DNA from: Verrucomicrobiales bacterium
GTDB taxonomy: Bacteria; Verrucomicrobiota; Verrucomicrobiia; Verrucomicrobiales; Verrucomicrobiaceae
Assembly (NCBI GenBank): GCA_038230495.1
Contig: JBBRNC010000008.1
Location: 30,378-94,377 of the forward strand
Length of the DNA: 64,000 bases
Direction of reading: 5' to 3'
Of the stretch, positions 1-10,727 are shown piece by piece; positions within the stretch are counted from its first letter, which is position 1, and every line of letters begins with the position of its first letter. The notes under the pieces were generated by a model, which made no database searches, was not told the origin of the DNA, and saw nothing but the letters and a program-made list of their open reading frames with translations. The position numbers and the translations under genes are program-made.

Positions 1-246
1 ATCCAAGGAACTACCTCAAGAAAGCCGAGCAAGGTCTCTGCGTGCGCTTGAAACAAGCGTGCGACGATCTGCTCAGCACGGGTAAGACGCTTTTTGGGAA
101 AGTGTGAATCTCGCTGCAAGGCGTCCATCGAAACAAGATGGAGCGCGAGTATGCCGCTAGGCTACTCGCCAATTTTTGGTCTTCCACGTCGCAGGAAAGT
201 TTGGCGAGTGGTCTGCGACACACTCGCGCTCCGTCTCTCTTTAGAG

Positions 247-810
247 CTACGGTGCCGCGCATTCCTCGACCAGCTTCCGGCTCTCCGCCGAAAGCTTGGC
301 GATGGGGTATTCCACCTTGGTGCCGTTGGGCATCTTGAAGATCACGCTCTGCCCGGTCACGCCGCCGAAGCCGGCCTTGATGGAGACGCCCTCGGCATTC
401 GTCCATTTCATGATTGGCGGCAGATCTTTCTTTACCGCCAGCTTCGGGGCGTTGGCATCGAAGGCTGCGCCCTCTTTGATCCATTGACGAATTTTCTCCT
501 GATCCTCTTTCGAGAGGCTGCCTTTGGGAGGCATGTGATTCTTTGCTTCGGGATCAGATATAACCTCGAAGAAATGACTGCTACCGGGACTGCCGGGTTC
601 GATGTTTAGATTGGGTCCGATGTCGTGGGCGAATCGTTTGAGATTGTCGAATACGAAGCCGCCCTTCTCTTTCTTCCGCTGTTCGCTGTGACACTCGTAA
701 CAGCTTTTCGACAGGATCGGTTTGATGTCCTTTTCAAAATCCACAGCAACGAGCCGCATGGCGCAGCCAATGGTCAGAGAAAATATAATGGCGAGGGGGT
801 GCCTAAGCAT
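247..810 (-). CDS. Secreted PSCyt1-type cytochrome c domain protein with C-terminal SHD1-like module
   Basis: N-terminal hydrophobic signal; CYECHS heme-binding CxxCH motif; C-terminal KWTNAEG...IAKLSAESRKLV module resembling SLA1-homology (SHD1) domain. ORF track 247..840, start trimmed to the Met before the signal peptide. Confidence 0.5.
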   Translation of the reverse strand: MLRHPLAIIFSLTIGCAMRLVAVDFEKDIKPILSKSCYECHSEQRKKEKGGFVFDNLKRFAHDIGPNLNIEPGSPGSSHFFEVISDPEAKNHMPPKGSLSKEDQEKIRQWIKEGAAFDANAPKLAVKKDLPPIMKWTNAEGVSIKAGFGGVTGQSVIFKMPNGTKVEYPIAKLSAESRKLVEECAAP

Positions 811-1052
811 GCTGGCAAATGGAACGAATTCTATGTTCAAAGTCTTAGGATAATCTTAGAAAAGGAGCTGCGAGTTCATGGTTGATAGTTGTTAGTTGAG
901 AGCCAGACATTGACACAATAAGATCGAATATAATGGTTAATCCATATGTGAGATGGGTATGCACATTCATGGAATTCATTTTTAGGCTCTCAACTATACA
1001 CTCTAAACTCTCAACTTCTTTTCTTGGATAATCTGCGCCCTCGCTCACGCAA

Positions 1053-1814
1053 GTGCTTGCCCTGATGCGCGACCCGCGTTCAATGACCGGAGTGTCCCAC
1101 GCGCCCCAGCCCAATGCCCTCGCCGATTTGCTGCTCACTGTCGTGCTGCCCTCGCTGGTGCTCGATCAACTCAGCGAGCCTGCCCGACTCGGCCCGTTCT
1201 GGGCGCTTGTGATCTCCCTGCTGTTTCCGGTGGGCTTCGGTATCTGGTGCTGGTGGAAAAAATCCGGTTGGAACCTTTTCTCTATACTCGGTTTCGTCAC
1301 CATCCTGCTCAGCGGTGGACTCGGACTTCTCAAGCTCGATGCCTTCTGGTTCGCCATTAAGGAAAGCGCTATGCCGCTCGCACTCGGCGCGGCGTTCCCA
1401 TTGAGCCATTTCTTTGGCAAGCCGCTCATCAGTGTGCTGGTTATGCAGCCGCAACTGCTGAACCTGCGCGCCCTTCACACCGCGCTCGATACGCCGGAGA
1501 AACAGCGCGGATTCCAAACCGCTCTCATGCACGGCTCATGGTGGATCGGACTGGCCACAGTCGGTTCATCCATTGGGAATTTCTTTCTCGCTATCTATCT
1601 ACTTAATGGAAAAGAACCGGGCGGTGAAGCTTTCGTCAAAGGCATCGGCACCCTAAACTGGGCGAGCATTCTAGTCATCGGCATTCCGCTCTGCGCCGTG
1701 ATGCTGCTCGTCTTCGTTTTCATGATCCGCAAAATTCAGCGGATCACCGGACTGGAACGTGCGGACCTAATGAATCCGGGGCGGACGGTTCGCCGTCAGA
1801 TCACGCCCGAGTAA
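1053..1814 (+). CDS. Multi-pass inner membrane protein, unknown function
   Basis: 253-aa ORF with about 6 hydrophobic helices; divergent from the cytochrome gene across an AT-rich 210-bp promoter region; start codon uncertain. Confidence 0.4.
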   Translation: MLALMRDPRSMTGVSHAPQPNALADLLLTVVLPSLVLDQLSEPARLGPFWALVISLLFPVGFGIWCWWKKSGWNLFSILGFVTILLSGGLGLLKLDAFWFAIKESAMPLALGAAFPLSHFFGKPLISVLVMQPQLLNLRALHTALDTPEKQRGFQTALMHGSWWIGLATVGSSIGNFFLAIYLLNGKEPGGEAFVKGIGTLNWASILVIGIPLCAVMLLVFVFMIRKIQRITGLERADLMNPGRTVRRQITPE

Positions 1815-1821
1815 TTGCGAT

Positions 1822-2625
1822 TCAGCCCAGCTTGTTTTCCTGAAGATAATTGCTCACCGCTTTGATGATCTCGAAGAAGCTGCCGCTCTCTAAGCTCGCG
1901 CCACCAACGAGTGCGCCATCCACATCGGGCTGGGCGATGATCTCGGCCATGTTGTTGGGCTTGACGCTGCCGCCGTATTGAATGCGGATTTTGCTCGCAG
2001 TGTCGGTGTCGAACATGGAGCCGAGAACCTGACGGATGAAAGCGTGCGCTTCTTGCGCTTGCTCCGGAGAGGCGGTGCGTCCGGTGCCGATGGCCCAGAC
2101 GGGTTCATAGGCGATGACTATATCCTGCAAGCGACGCGAACCAACTTCGGCGAGACTTTCACGCAGTTGTGATTCGAGGATTTTTTCAATCAAGCCGCCA
2201 TCGCGTTCTTCCAGTGTTTCACCGACGCAGAGAATCGGGTGCAATCTGGCTTCCAACGCGGCAAGAACCTTGGCGTTCACGATCTGATTGGTCTCGCCAT
2301 ACAAGGCACGGCGCTCACTGTGGCCAAGGATGACATGACGGACGCCACATTCTTTCAGCATGAGCGCACTGATCTCACCAGTGTGGGCGCCGCTGGGATG
2401 CTGGCTCATATTTTGTGCGCCGAGTTCCACGACTTCGGTGCGCCCGCTCTGAATCAATTCCTGAGCTTTAGGCAGGGAGATGAACGGCGGCACGATGACG
2501 ACCTGCACCGGTGAACTGTCCAGAATAAGGCGGAGGAAGGAACGAAGATATTTCTCCGTGTCGGACGGAGGATTGTTCATCTTCCAGTTCGCGGCGACGA
2601 TGGGTTTGCGGAATACGGGGGGCAT
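1822..2625 (-). CDS. tpiA: Triosephosphate isomerase
   Basis: IVAANWKMN N-terminus, AYEPVWAIGTG active-site motif, 267 aa. Confidence 0.9.
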   Translation of the reverse strand: MPPVFRKPIVAANWKMNNPPSDTEKYLRSFLRLILDSSPVQVVIVPPFISLPKAQELIQSGRTEVVELGAQNMSQHPSGAHTGEISALMLKECGVRHVILGHSERRALYGETNQIVNAKVLAALEARLHPILCVGETLEERDGGLIEKILESQLRESLAEVGSRRLQDIVIAYEPVWAIGTGRTASPEQAQEAHAFIRQVLGSMFDTDTASKIRIQYGGSVKPNNMAEIIAQPDVDGALVGGASLESGSFFEIIKAVSNYLQENKLG

Positions 2626-2629
2626 ATGA

Positions 2630-3127
2630 CTATTTATTACTCCAATTTACATCACTTGGTTTTTTGCTGTCCTTGAAAGCGGCGAGTCCTTTTTCTACAT
2701 ATGGTTTCATCGAACCCATGGACCCATCGGCTTTGTAAATATCCATAGGAGCATCGTTTCCGTTATGCTTTTGACCCAAAATTGCTTCCCAACTTTGCCC
2801 TCTATGGACAAATTCAAAAATCCAATATCTTTGGCGATCATTCGGATCGTGGAGTTTGACTTTCCCGTAATATGCAATTTTCCCGCCTTCATCTTTGCGT
2901 TCAACTCCGAGAATTTCAGCCTTATATGCGGCAACAAATTCTTCTCTTTTATTGATATGTCCGCCCAAGGTGGTGGTTTCACGTAAACACATATCACCCG
3001 CATACCAAAAAATCTCAGGAAGGACGCGACAAAGCAATTCCAGATTCGACTTGGCGCGTTGAGTGTTGTCATCCGCACCCATTAGCTGAAGCGAAAAAAG
3101 CATTACGAGTGAAAAAACGGACTTCAT
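2630..3127 (-). CDS. Small secreted hypothetical protein embedded in the gap-pgk-tpiA operon
   Basis: 165-aa ORF with N-terminal signal-like hydrophobic segment; lies in a markedly AT-rich segment (roughly 42% GC by eye) between pgk and tpiA. Confidence 0.5.
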   Translation of the reverse strand: MKSVFSLVMLFSLQLMGADDNTQRAKSNLELLCRVLPEIFWYAGDMCLRETTTLGGHINKREEFVAAYKAEILGVERKDEGGKIAYYGKVKLHDPNDRQRYWIFEFVHRGQSWEAILGQKHNGNDAPMDIYKADGSMGSMKPYVEKGLAAFKDSKKPSDVNWSNK

Positions 3128-3185
3128 GGGGTAATCAAAATATACGGATAGAAATGATAAATTTTTAAAACTCTACACCACACCG

Positions 3186-4400
3186 TTAACGCTCCTGCAG
3201 CGCGGCAACTCCGGGGAGTTCCTTACCTTCGAGCAGTTCGAGGCTGGCACCGCCGCCAGTGGAGATGAAGGTCATTTTATCGGCGAGTTTTGCTTTCTTC
3301 ACGGCCTTCACGCTGTCACCACCACCGATGATGGTTTTGGCACTGCTATTGGCAGCCACGGCTTCGGCGATGTCAAAAGTGCCTTTCGAGCTTTCCTTGA
3401 TTTCAAATACGCCCATCGGCCCATTCCAGATGACTGTCTTGGCTTTGGCGATTTCGGCAGCGAATATTTTTACGGTCTCAGGGCCGATATCAACGCCTTC
3501 CCAACCGTCCGGGATGCTTCCACCGGGCGTGGTGAATTTCGTATTGCCGAGTTTCTTGGCATCAAAATCAAAAGCGTCGGTGATCATGGAGTCCACGGGA
3601 ATGAGCAGCTTCACGCCGCGTTCCTTGGCCTTGTCGAGCGCAGCCTGCGCAATGGGTTCCCACTCGGGCTTGTAGAGGCTCTTCCCGATCGTGATGCCAT
3701 TAACGAGCTTCATGAAAGTGTAAGCCATACCGCCACCGATGATGATGGTGTCGGCCTTTTCGAGCAGGCGATTGATGACACCGATCTTATCATTCACTTT
3801 TGCACCGCCAAGGATCACCACGAAAGGACGCTCGGGATTTTCCAGTTCGTCATGCAGCCAGGTCAATTCCTTCTCCATTAACAAACCGGAAACAGCAGGT
3901 AAATAGGCTGCAACACCCGCAGTCGAACTGTGCGCGCGATGCGCGGAGCCGAAGGCGTCGTTCACATAAATTTCCGCGAGGTCAGCCATCTGCTCGGCGA
4001 GTTCCGCGTCGTTCTTTTCTTCGCCTGCGTGGAAACGCACATTCTCTAGCAGCAGCACACCGCCATTGCCCAAAGCAATCGCCTTGGCCTTAGCATCGGC
4101 GCCGATGCAATCATCCGCGAAATCCACAGGACGGCCCAACATTTCGCTGAGACAAGCCGCGACGGGCTTGAGTGATTGCTTAGGATCGCGCTGGCCTTTC
4201 GGACGGCCAAGATGGCTGCAAAGAATCAGCTTCGCGCCCTGCTCGATGAGGTAATTCAACGTGGGCAGTGTTTCCTTGATGCGGGTGTCATCGGTGATGA
4301 CCATCGTGCCGTTCTGGTCGTCGAGGGGCACGTTGAAATCCACGCGGACGAGGCAGCGCTTGCCGCTCACATCAATGTCACGAATGCTTTTTTTTGCCAT
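3186..4400 (-). CDS. pgk: Phosphoglycerate kinase
   Basis: RVDFNVP N-terminal motif, 404 aa, canonical PGK length and conserved blocks. Confidence 0.95.
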   Translation of the reverse strand: MAKKSIRDIDVSGKRCLVRVDFNVPLDDQNGTMVITDDTRIKETLPTLNYLIEQGAKLILCSHLGRPKGQRDPKQSLKPVAACLSEMLGRPVDFADDCIGADAKAKAIALGNGGVLLLENVRFHAGEEKNDAELAEQMADLAEIYVNDAFGSAHRAHSSTAGVAAYLPAVSGLLMEKELTWLHDELENPERPFVVILGGAKVNDKIGVINRLLEKADTIIIGGGMAYTFMKLVNGITIGKSLYKPEWEPIAQAALDKAKERGVKLLIPVDSMITDAFDFDAKKLGNTKFTTPGGSIPDGWEGVDIGPETVKIFAAEIAKAKTVIWNGPMGVFEIKESSKGTFDIAEAVAANSSAKTIIGGGDSVKAVKKAKLADKMTFISTGGGASLELLEGKELPGVAALQER

Positions 4401-4410
4401 TTGGATGAAG

Positions 4411-4442
4411 GGATAAAAAACGGGCGGCGCACTCGCCGCCCG
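4411..4442 (-). terminator. Stem-loop plus T-run between gap and pgk (partial terminator or processing site)
   Basis: On the minus strand, GC stem CGGGCGGCG-AGTGC-CGCCGCCCG followed by TTTTTTATCC; located between the gap stop and the pgk start. Confidence 0.5.
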
Positions 4443-4459
4443 TCATAAATTACGAATTC

Positions 4460-5599
<1,140 letters not shown>

Positions 5600-5685
5600 T
5601 CAACCGGTGAATACCCCCTCTGAAAGCAAGCCTCGGGCCATTCTGACACATTACGTGGCTGTCCATGCCGCGACTGCCTATTGAG

Positions 5686-5726
5686 GGGCAAAAAAGTGGC
5701 CCGGCGGACTCCCATCCGCCGGGCCT
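5686..5726 (-). terminator. Rho-independent terminator downstream of the men operon
   Basis: Minus strand reads GGCCCGGCGGATGGGAGTCCGCCGGGCC followed by ACTTTTTTGCCCC; lies 3' of menE and upstream of the gap promoter region. Confidence 0.65.
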
Positions 5727-5959
5727 TAGGCATCTACCTCAACACATGTTCCGGTCACCCGGAACTTAATTTACAACAACCAATCACTCTTAATTTGCAG
5801 CGCGGCGTGTTAACCGCACAACGCTGTATTAGGTTAGAATCCTTACTCGATCTTCTGTTCAAAATTGTTGAACTTTTTTTATATTCCCGCCCAAGCCCCT
5901 AAATACCCCCTAAAATCGAGCCTTTCTGGACGGCTTTTTGACGGAAATTATAGAAATTT

Positions 5960-7099
5960 TTAGGCGCTCAAGAACTTTCTTATCACCTCGCGGTCCAACT
6001 TGCCCAGTGCGCTCCGTGGAATTTTTGGCACAACGGCACTTTCCTCGATTTCCTCTATTCCAGCACTTAGGATATTGAACCGCTCCCGCAGTTCTTCGAG
6101 TTCCAGCGCACTTAACTCCCCAACCAGCACCAGTTTGCTTCCCCTCCGAGCATCGGGCAAGGCACAGACGGCGACACAATGCGGCACGTCAGTGAGCGAT
6201 TCCAATCGTGATTGCAATACCTCTATATTAACCAGCTCGCCCATGACCTTTACCAATGAAGATTCACGCGCGAGGAAATTTAAGCTGCGTCGAATCCCTC
6301 GATCTCTGATGTCCACATGATCGCGCGTGAGCAGTCCCCATGACGAATCCATTTCCATCCAACGCCACACATTGCTTTCCTTGATTGCATAGCCGGAGGC
6401 CAGCGCCGGACCGCGCACCGACAGCCGCTGATCTTCATCGGTCTGCAAATCCCAGATCGGCAGCACTTCCAAAACATCCGGATCAAACTCGCGCCGCAGA
6501 CCCTCCAGCGAACTAGTCGCAATTTGTGAAGCCGTCTCCGTCATGCCGTAACTTTGCAGCACTGGCCAGCCAAGCTGCCTCGCTTCATTCCCGATTCCAC
6601 GGTTCAGGCCCGCACCACCCACCACGACAGCTCGTAGCGATAATGGCGCAATAATTTTCGCCTGCACGAGATCAAATACCTGCGTCGGCACCAACGATGT
6701 CAGTGTGATTTTTTCCTCCGCACAGTTCTTCGCAAACTTCACCGCATCCCATTTCCCGCTCATCTGAACAAACGACGCGCCGCTCGCGAAGCATCGCGCC
6801 AAGATGGAAAATCCGCCGACATGATGCAGCGGCAACGCAATGAGCCAGCGATCTCGCGAAGATGCTTCCAGATGCGCGTTCACCGCCTGCGCTGAAGCCA
6901 GCATCGCAGCACGCGACAGTCCGCACCATTTGGGCGCACCCTCGCTGCCGCTGGTTTGAAAAAAAATCAGGCTACGTGTGGCATCACTGCTTGCTGCAAA
7001 CTCAGCCAGACCAGCGGCATCACCCGCTCGATGCGGATTTACAGCGACATTAAAATCGCTGCCGCGCCAGAAGACTTCATTATCAAAAGCGGATGTCAT
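5960..7099 (-). CDS. menE: Short AMP-binding acyl-CoA synthetase, probable o-succinylbenzoate-CoA ligase
   Basis: TSGSEGAPK adenylation P-loop motif, YGMTE block; 379 aa; first gene of a menE-menC-menA-menB arrangement. Confidence 0.6.
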   Translation of the reverse strand: MTSAFDNEVFWRGSDFNVAVNPHRAGDAAGLAEFAASSDATRSLIFFQTSGSEGAPKWCGLSRAAMLASAQAVNAHLEASSRDRWLIALPLHHVGGFSILARCFASGASFVQMSGKWDAVKFAKNCAEEKITLTSLVPTQVFDLVQAKIIAPLSLRAVVVGGAGLNRGIGNEARQLGWPVLQSYGMTETASQIATSSLEGLRREFDPDVLEVLPIWDLQTDEDQRLSVRGPALASGYAIKESNVWRWMEMDSSWGLLTRDHVDIRDRGIRRSLNFLARESSLVKVMGELVNIEVLQSRLESLTDVPHCVAVCALPDARRGSKLVLVGELSALELEELRERFNILSAGIEEIEESAVVPKIPRSALGKLDREVIRKFLSA

Positions 7100-7192
7100 C
7101 GCAAATCCGTAGCAGCCGACGTGAGGAGGCTCAAACTTAATCGCCTAGCACTTTACAACACCGCTGAAAACAGAGCCTCCTTACGTCGGCTG

Positions 7193-8197
7193 CTACAAAG
7201 TGCACCAAGGAAGATTTGACAGCACATCATCAAATCCAAGCCCGGTGCCGTTGCGATCCACTTGCAGCTTCCCGCCATGCGAACTCAATCGCTCGAAGAA
7301 CGCATCTTTCTCAAACAGATGCTCCGTGCACAGACCGCACAAATCCATCCGCGCCCCAAATTCACGCCAAGCCAGCGCGGCTTCATACGCGGCGAAACTT
7401 TGTCCAATGGCGTGATCCATTGCGGAGGTAATCACGATGCGCGCATTTGCCGGAATCCCAGCCATCGTGCTGCGCCACTCGCGCCGACCCGGCTTGAGCA
7501 CGGCGACTTCATAGCCCCACTGAGTCGAACGCGCATCATCCGTTCGCATCAATCCTTTGTCACACGCGAGCCGAACGCCAAACTTTGTCTGAGCTGCGCT
7601 CCAAGCCGCCGCATCATACGGAAATGGATCCTCGATGAAATCAATCCGCTCGCGCACCCGGTCAGACATAGCGCCCATGAAGTCCGTGAATCGCGATTCA
7701 GTGAGGCACGAATTAAAATCAACGCGCAGCTTCAACTGAGCGTTACCCGAGAGCGCGACCAGCGTCTCTAATACATTGAGCGTCTTCTCGATTTCAGGAG
7801 ACCCCTTAGTCTTGATGGCCAGCCAGCCTTCTTGAATGACCCGCTGCATTTGAGGTTCAAGCGCCTGATTCTGATCGAGCGAAAAATGCGAGGGCGGAAT
7901 CTCCAATCCCGCAAACAAACTCACCCCGCGTCTCCGCGCCTCACCGTCCACTGCCGCCATGCGCAAGGCACGCTCGATGACTTTCGACGTGCCGCCGTCG
8001 CGCAGATTATTTAATTGTTCATCAATAGGCGCGTCACCGAACTCCGGCCACGGATGCAAGCAGCCGATGCCATCATCCACTTTGATTAGAGCACCATGAA
8101 ATTCACGACGCTGAGACACGGCATTGAGCGAGCCGCTGGAGCGAAGAACGTAAGGCTGGAATTGAACGGCGGACACGTTGAAAACTAGATAAGGCAA
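7193..8197 (-). CDS. menC: o-Succinylbenzoate synthase (enolase superfamily)
   Basis: Enolase-superfamily architecture (KLRVDFN, IEDP blocks), 334 aa, flanked by menE and menA with a 13-bp overlap. Confidence 0.65.
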   Translation of the reverse strand: MPYLVFNVSAVQFQPYVLRSSGSLNAVSQRREFHGALIKVDDGIGCLHPWPEFGDAPIDEQLNNLRDGGTSKVIERALRMAAVDGEARRRGVSLFAGLEIPPSHFSLDQNQALEPQMQRVIQEGWLAIKTKGSPEIEKTLNVLETLVALSGNAQLKLRVDFNSCLTESRFTDFMGAMSDRVRERIDFIEDPFPYDAAAWSAAQTKFGVRLACDKGLMRTDDARSTQWGYEVAVLKPGRREWRSTMAGIPANARIVITSAMDHAIGQSFAAYEAALAWREFGARMDLCGLCTEHLFEKDAFFERLSSHGGKLQVDRNGTGLGFDDVLSNLPWCTL

Positions 8198-9099
8198 ATC
8201 GCCATCAAACTAAAGAGGATGGAGAATCCGAGAAGATGCGCGCCTGCCATAGCAAGATCACGATTACTATCCTTTGAGGGTTCGTTAACCCAGATGGAGT
8301 TCGTGATAACCATAGCGAACGGAAACATGATCCAAGGCAATCCCCAGACCAACCACTTATCGGGCCGCCAGTTCAGTTGCAGCAGATACGTCCCGATGAA
8401 AAGTGCAGTGATCTCAATTCGCGCAAATCGTTTTCCAAACCTCACCGCCAGCGTGCGCTTTCCCGTCTTCGTGTCTTCTTCAATATCTCGCAGGTTGTTG
8501 ATTGCGATAAGGATAGTGCTCAACATACCGATTTGAAGTCCCGCGATCACAGCCTCGAAGTGCCAGTGTCCGCTTTGCACAAAGGCTGAACCCGTAACTG
8601 CGATTAAGCCAAAAAAGAGCACCACGAAAAGTTCGCCGAGTCCGCGATACGCCAACGGCATTGGCCCGCCCGTATAGCCGTAGCAGAACCAAAGCGATGG
8701 AATGCCGATGGCGATGATGGGCCAACCGCGATAGATAAACAAAGGCACGGCCAGCAACGTTGCGAGCGCGAGCACGCCCGCAGCGACCCACATGACCGTC
8801 TTCGCGGGCATCATGCCGGAGGCGGTGATGCGCAATGGCCCGAGGCGTTCCTTCGTATCACTGCCCTTCATGCCATCCACGGCGTCATTAAATAGATTGG
8901 TCGCGATTTGCAAACACATGCAACTACCGAGCGTCGCGAGTGCGAGCCAGATACTAAATTGCCCGCTCAATTTCCATCCAATTGTGATGCCGACCAGCAC
9001 TGGCGCGATGGCGGCTCCGAGCGTCTTCGGACGCGCAGCGAGGAGCCAGGGTTTGAGATTGGGCATCGCGCAAAGTAGGCGATGCCTCCGGCTTCGCAA
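8185..9099 (-). CDS. menA: 1,4-dihydroxy-2-naphthoate octaprenyltransferase (UbiA family)
   Basis: N-terminal LAARPKTL motif, NDxxDxxxD Asp-rich motif (NDAVDGMKGSD), 8-9 TM helices, 304 aa. Confidence 0.8.
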   Translation of the reverse strand: MRSRRHRLLCAMPNLKPWLLAARPKTLGAAIAPVLVGITIGWKLSGQFSIWLALATLGSCMCLQIATNLFNDAVDGMKGSDTKERLGPLRITASGMMPAKTVMWVAAGVLALATLLAVPLFIYRGWPIIAIGIPSLWFCYGYTGGPMPLAYRGLGELFVVLFFGLIAVTGSAFVQSGHWHFEAVIAGLQIGMLSTILIAINNLRDIEEDTKTGKRTLAVRFGKRFARIEITALFIGTYLLQLNWRPDKWLVWGLPWIMFPFAMVITNSIWVNEPSKDSNRDLAMAGAHLLGFSILFSLMAICLI

Positions 9100-9157
9100 T
9101 TCCTCAAAGAGGGACGCCCATCTTGCGAGGCTGAAGGCGCTCGCCTAATATAATGTC

Positions 9158-9889
9158 ATGGCCTACATCTTCGCACTCTTCGTCATCACGCTGGTCTCGC
9201 TCCTCATCATTCGCGTGGGCACGACAGCGCTGATGATGACAGGCCTGAGCTGGGACACGGCCAGCTTTCAGTCTTACTCCGCATTCTTCGGCGTGGGCTT
9301 CACGACGAAGGAGGCAGAATTAGTAATGAATCATCCTGTGCGGCGGCGGATCATCCGCGATCTCATTGTTGCAGGAAACGTCGGCCTGACCTCTGGCTTG
9401 GTGACGTTGATCGTTACCGTGTTGCAGGAAAAAACCTGGCTCAATCCGTTAACGGCCATCGGAGCAATCATTGGCACCATCATTATTCTGCTGCTGCTTT
9501 TCAAAATCGGCATCTTCCAACGGTTGCTCGATCATGTAATCCGAAGGGCGCTTGAGAAAGCTGGCATCGTGCGTGCGCTCGACTACGAATTACTGCTGCG
9601 CATCCAGTCGGGTTTCTGCGTATCCGAAATTGAAATCATGGCCGATACTTGTCTTTGCGGGAAGATGCTCAAAGAAACACGACCTGCTGAATGGGGCGTA
9701 TTAATCATGGCCATTTCACGGGATGGAATAGTGATGGATGGCATCCCTGGACCGAAGACCGTGGTGCAAGCAGGCGATGTGATTACCGCTTACGGTCACG
9801 AAACTGAATTAAAAAAACTGCTATCTAAGGAACTTCCACAGGACATCGATGTGCCACTGGCATATCAAAAAGATAGTCCAGTATCTTAG
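9158..9889 (+). CDS. Membrane protein with C-terminal TrkA-C (RCK_C) domain
   Basis: N-terminal TM helices; C-terminal EIEIMADTC...GDVITAYGHETELKKL resembles RCK_C; interrupts the men cluster on the opposite strand. Confidence 0.5.
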   Translation: MAYIFALFVITLVSLLIIRVGTTALMMTGLSWDTASFQSYSAFFGVGFTTKEAELVMNHPVRRRIIRDLIVAGNVGLTSGLVTLIVTVLQEKTWLNPLTAIGAIIGTIIILLLLFKIGIFQRLLDHVIRRALEKAGIVRALDYELLLRIQSGFCVSEIEIMADTCLCGKMLKETRPAEWGVLIMAISRDGIVMDGIPGPKTVVQAGDVITAYGHETELKKLLSKELPQDIDVPLAYQKDSPVS

Positions 9890-9908
9890 CCTGACTTTCG
9901 CTTCATCA

Positions 9909-10721
9909 CTACGGCACTCGCGGAAACTTCGAGAAATCCGGCTCGCGCTTCTCGATGAAGGCGTTCTTCCCCTCCTTAGCTTCCTCGCTCATATAATAGA
10001 GCAGCGTGGCATTCCCTGCGAGATCGAGCAGACCCATCTGGCCGTCACAATCGGCATTGAGCGCGGACTTGAGACAGCGCAGCGCGAGTGGCGAATGCTT
10101 CATGATTTCTCGCGCCCATTTTAACGTCTCGATTTCGAGATCGGCCAGCGGCACCACCGTGTTCACCAAGCCCATGTCGAGCGCCTGTTGCGCATTGTAT
10201 TGGCGGCAGAGATACCAAATTTCCCGCGCCTTTTTCTGTCCGACAATGCGCGCGAGATAGCTGCTGCCTAACCCGCCGTCGAATGAACCGACCTTCGGAC
10301 CTGTTTGACCAAATCGCGCGTTGTCCGCGGCTATCGTGAGATCACAGACAACGTGCAGCACATGCCCGCCGCCGATGGCGTAACCGGCTACCATCGCGAT
10401 AACGGGCTTGGGAATGCTGCGGATTTTCTTTTGCAGATCGAGCACGTTCAAGCGCGGCACGCCGTCGCTGCCGACATAGCCCGCGTGGCCGCGCACTTTC
10501 TGATCGCCGCCGGAGCAGAACGCGTCCGGCCCTTCGCCCGTGAGAATGATGACGCCGACCTTCGGGTCTTCATGTGCGATGTCGAAGGCCTCCAGCATTT
10601 CCTTTACGGTGAGCGGGCGGAAGGCGTTGCGCACCTTCGGGCGATTGATGGTGATCTTAGCGATGCCATCGCTGGTCTTCTCCAGTTTGATGTCGGTGAA
10701 TTCTTTAATGGGTTTCCACAT
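9909..10721 (-). CDS. menB: 1,4-dihydroxy-2-naphthoyl-CoA synthase (crotonase family)
   Basis: [42 protein letters not shown] blocks diagnostic of MenB; 270 aa. Confidence 0.9.
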   Translation of the reverse strand: MWKPIKEFTDIKLEKTSDGIAKITINRPKVRNAFRPLTVKEMLEAFDIAHEDPKVGVIILTGEGPDAFCSGGDQKVRGHAGYVGSDGVPRLNVLDLQKKIRSIPKPVIAMVAGYAIGGGHVLHVVCDLTIAADNARFGQTGPKVGSFDGGLGSSYLARIVGQKKAREIWYLCRQYNAQQALDMGLVNTVVPLADLEIETLKWAREIMKHSPLALRCLKSALNADCDGQMGLLDLAGNATLLYYMSEEAKEGKNAFIEKREPDFSKFPRVP

Positions 10722-10727
10722 GATGCA

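Noticed and set aside
11-609. ORFs 11..484(-) and 94..609(+) at the window start
   Set aside because: Mutually overlapping, and overlapping the cytochrome c gene; no motifs; cannot support a feature in the first 246 bp
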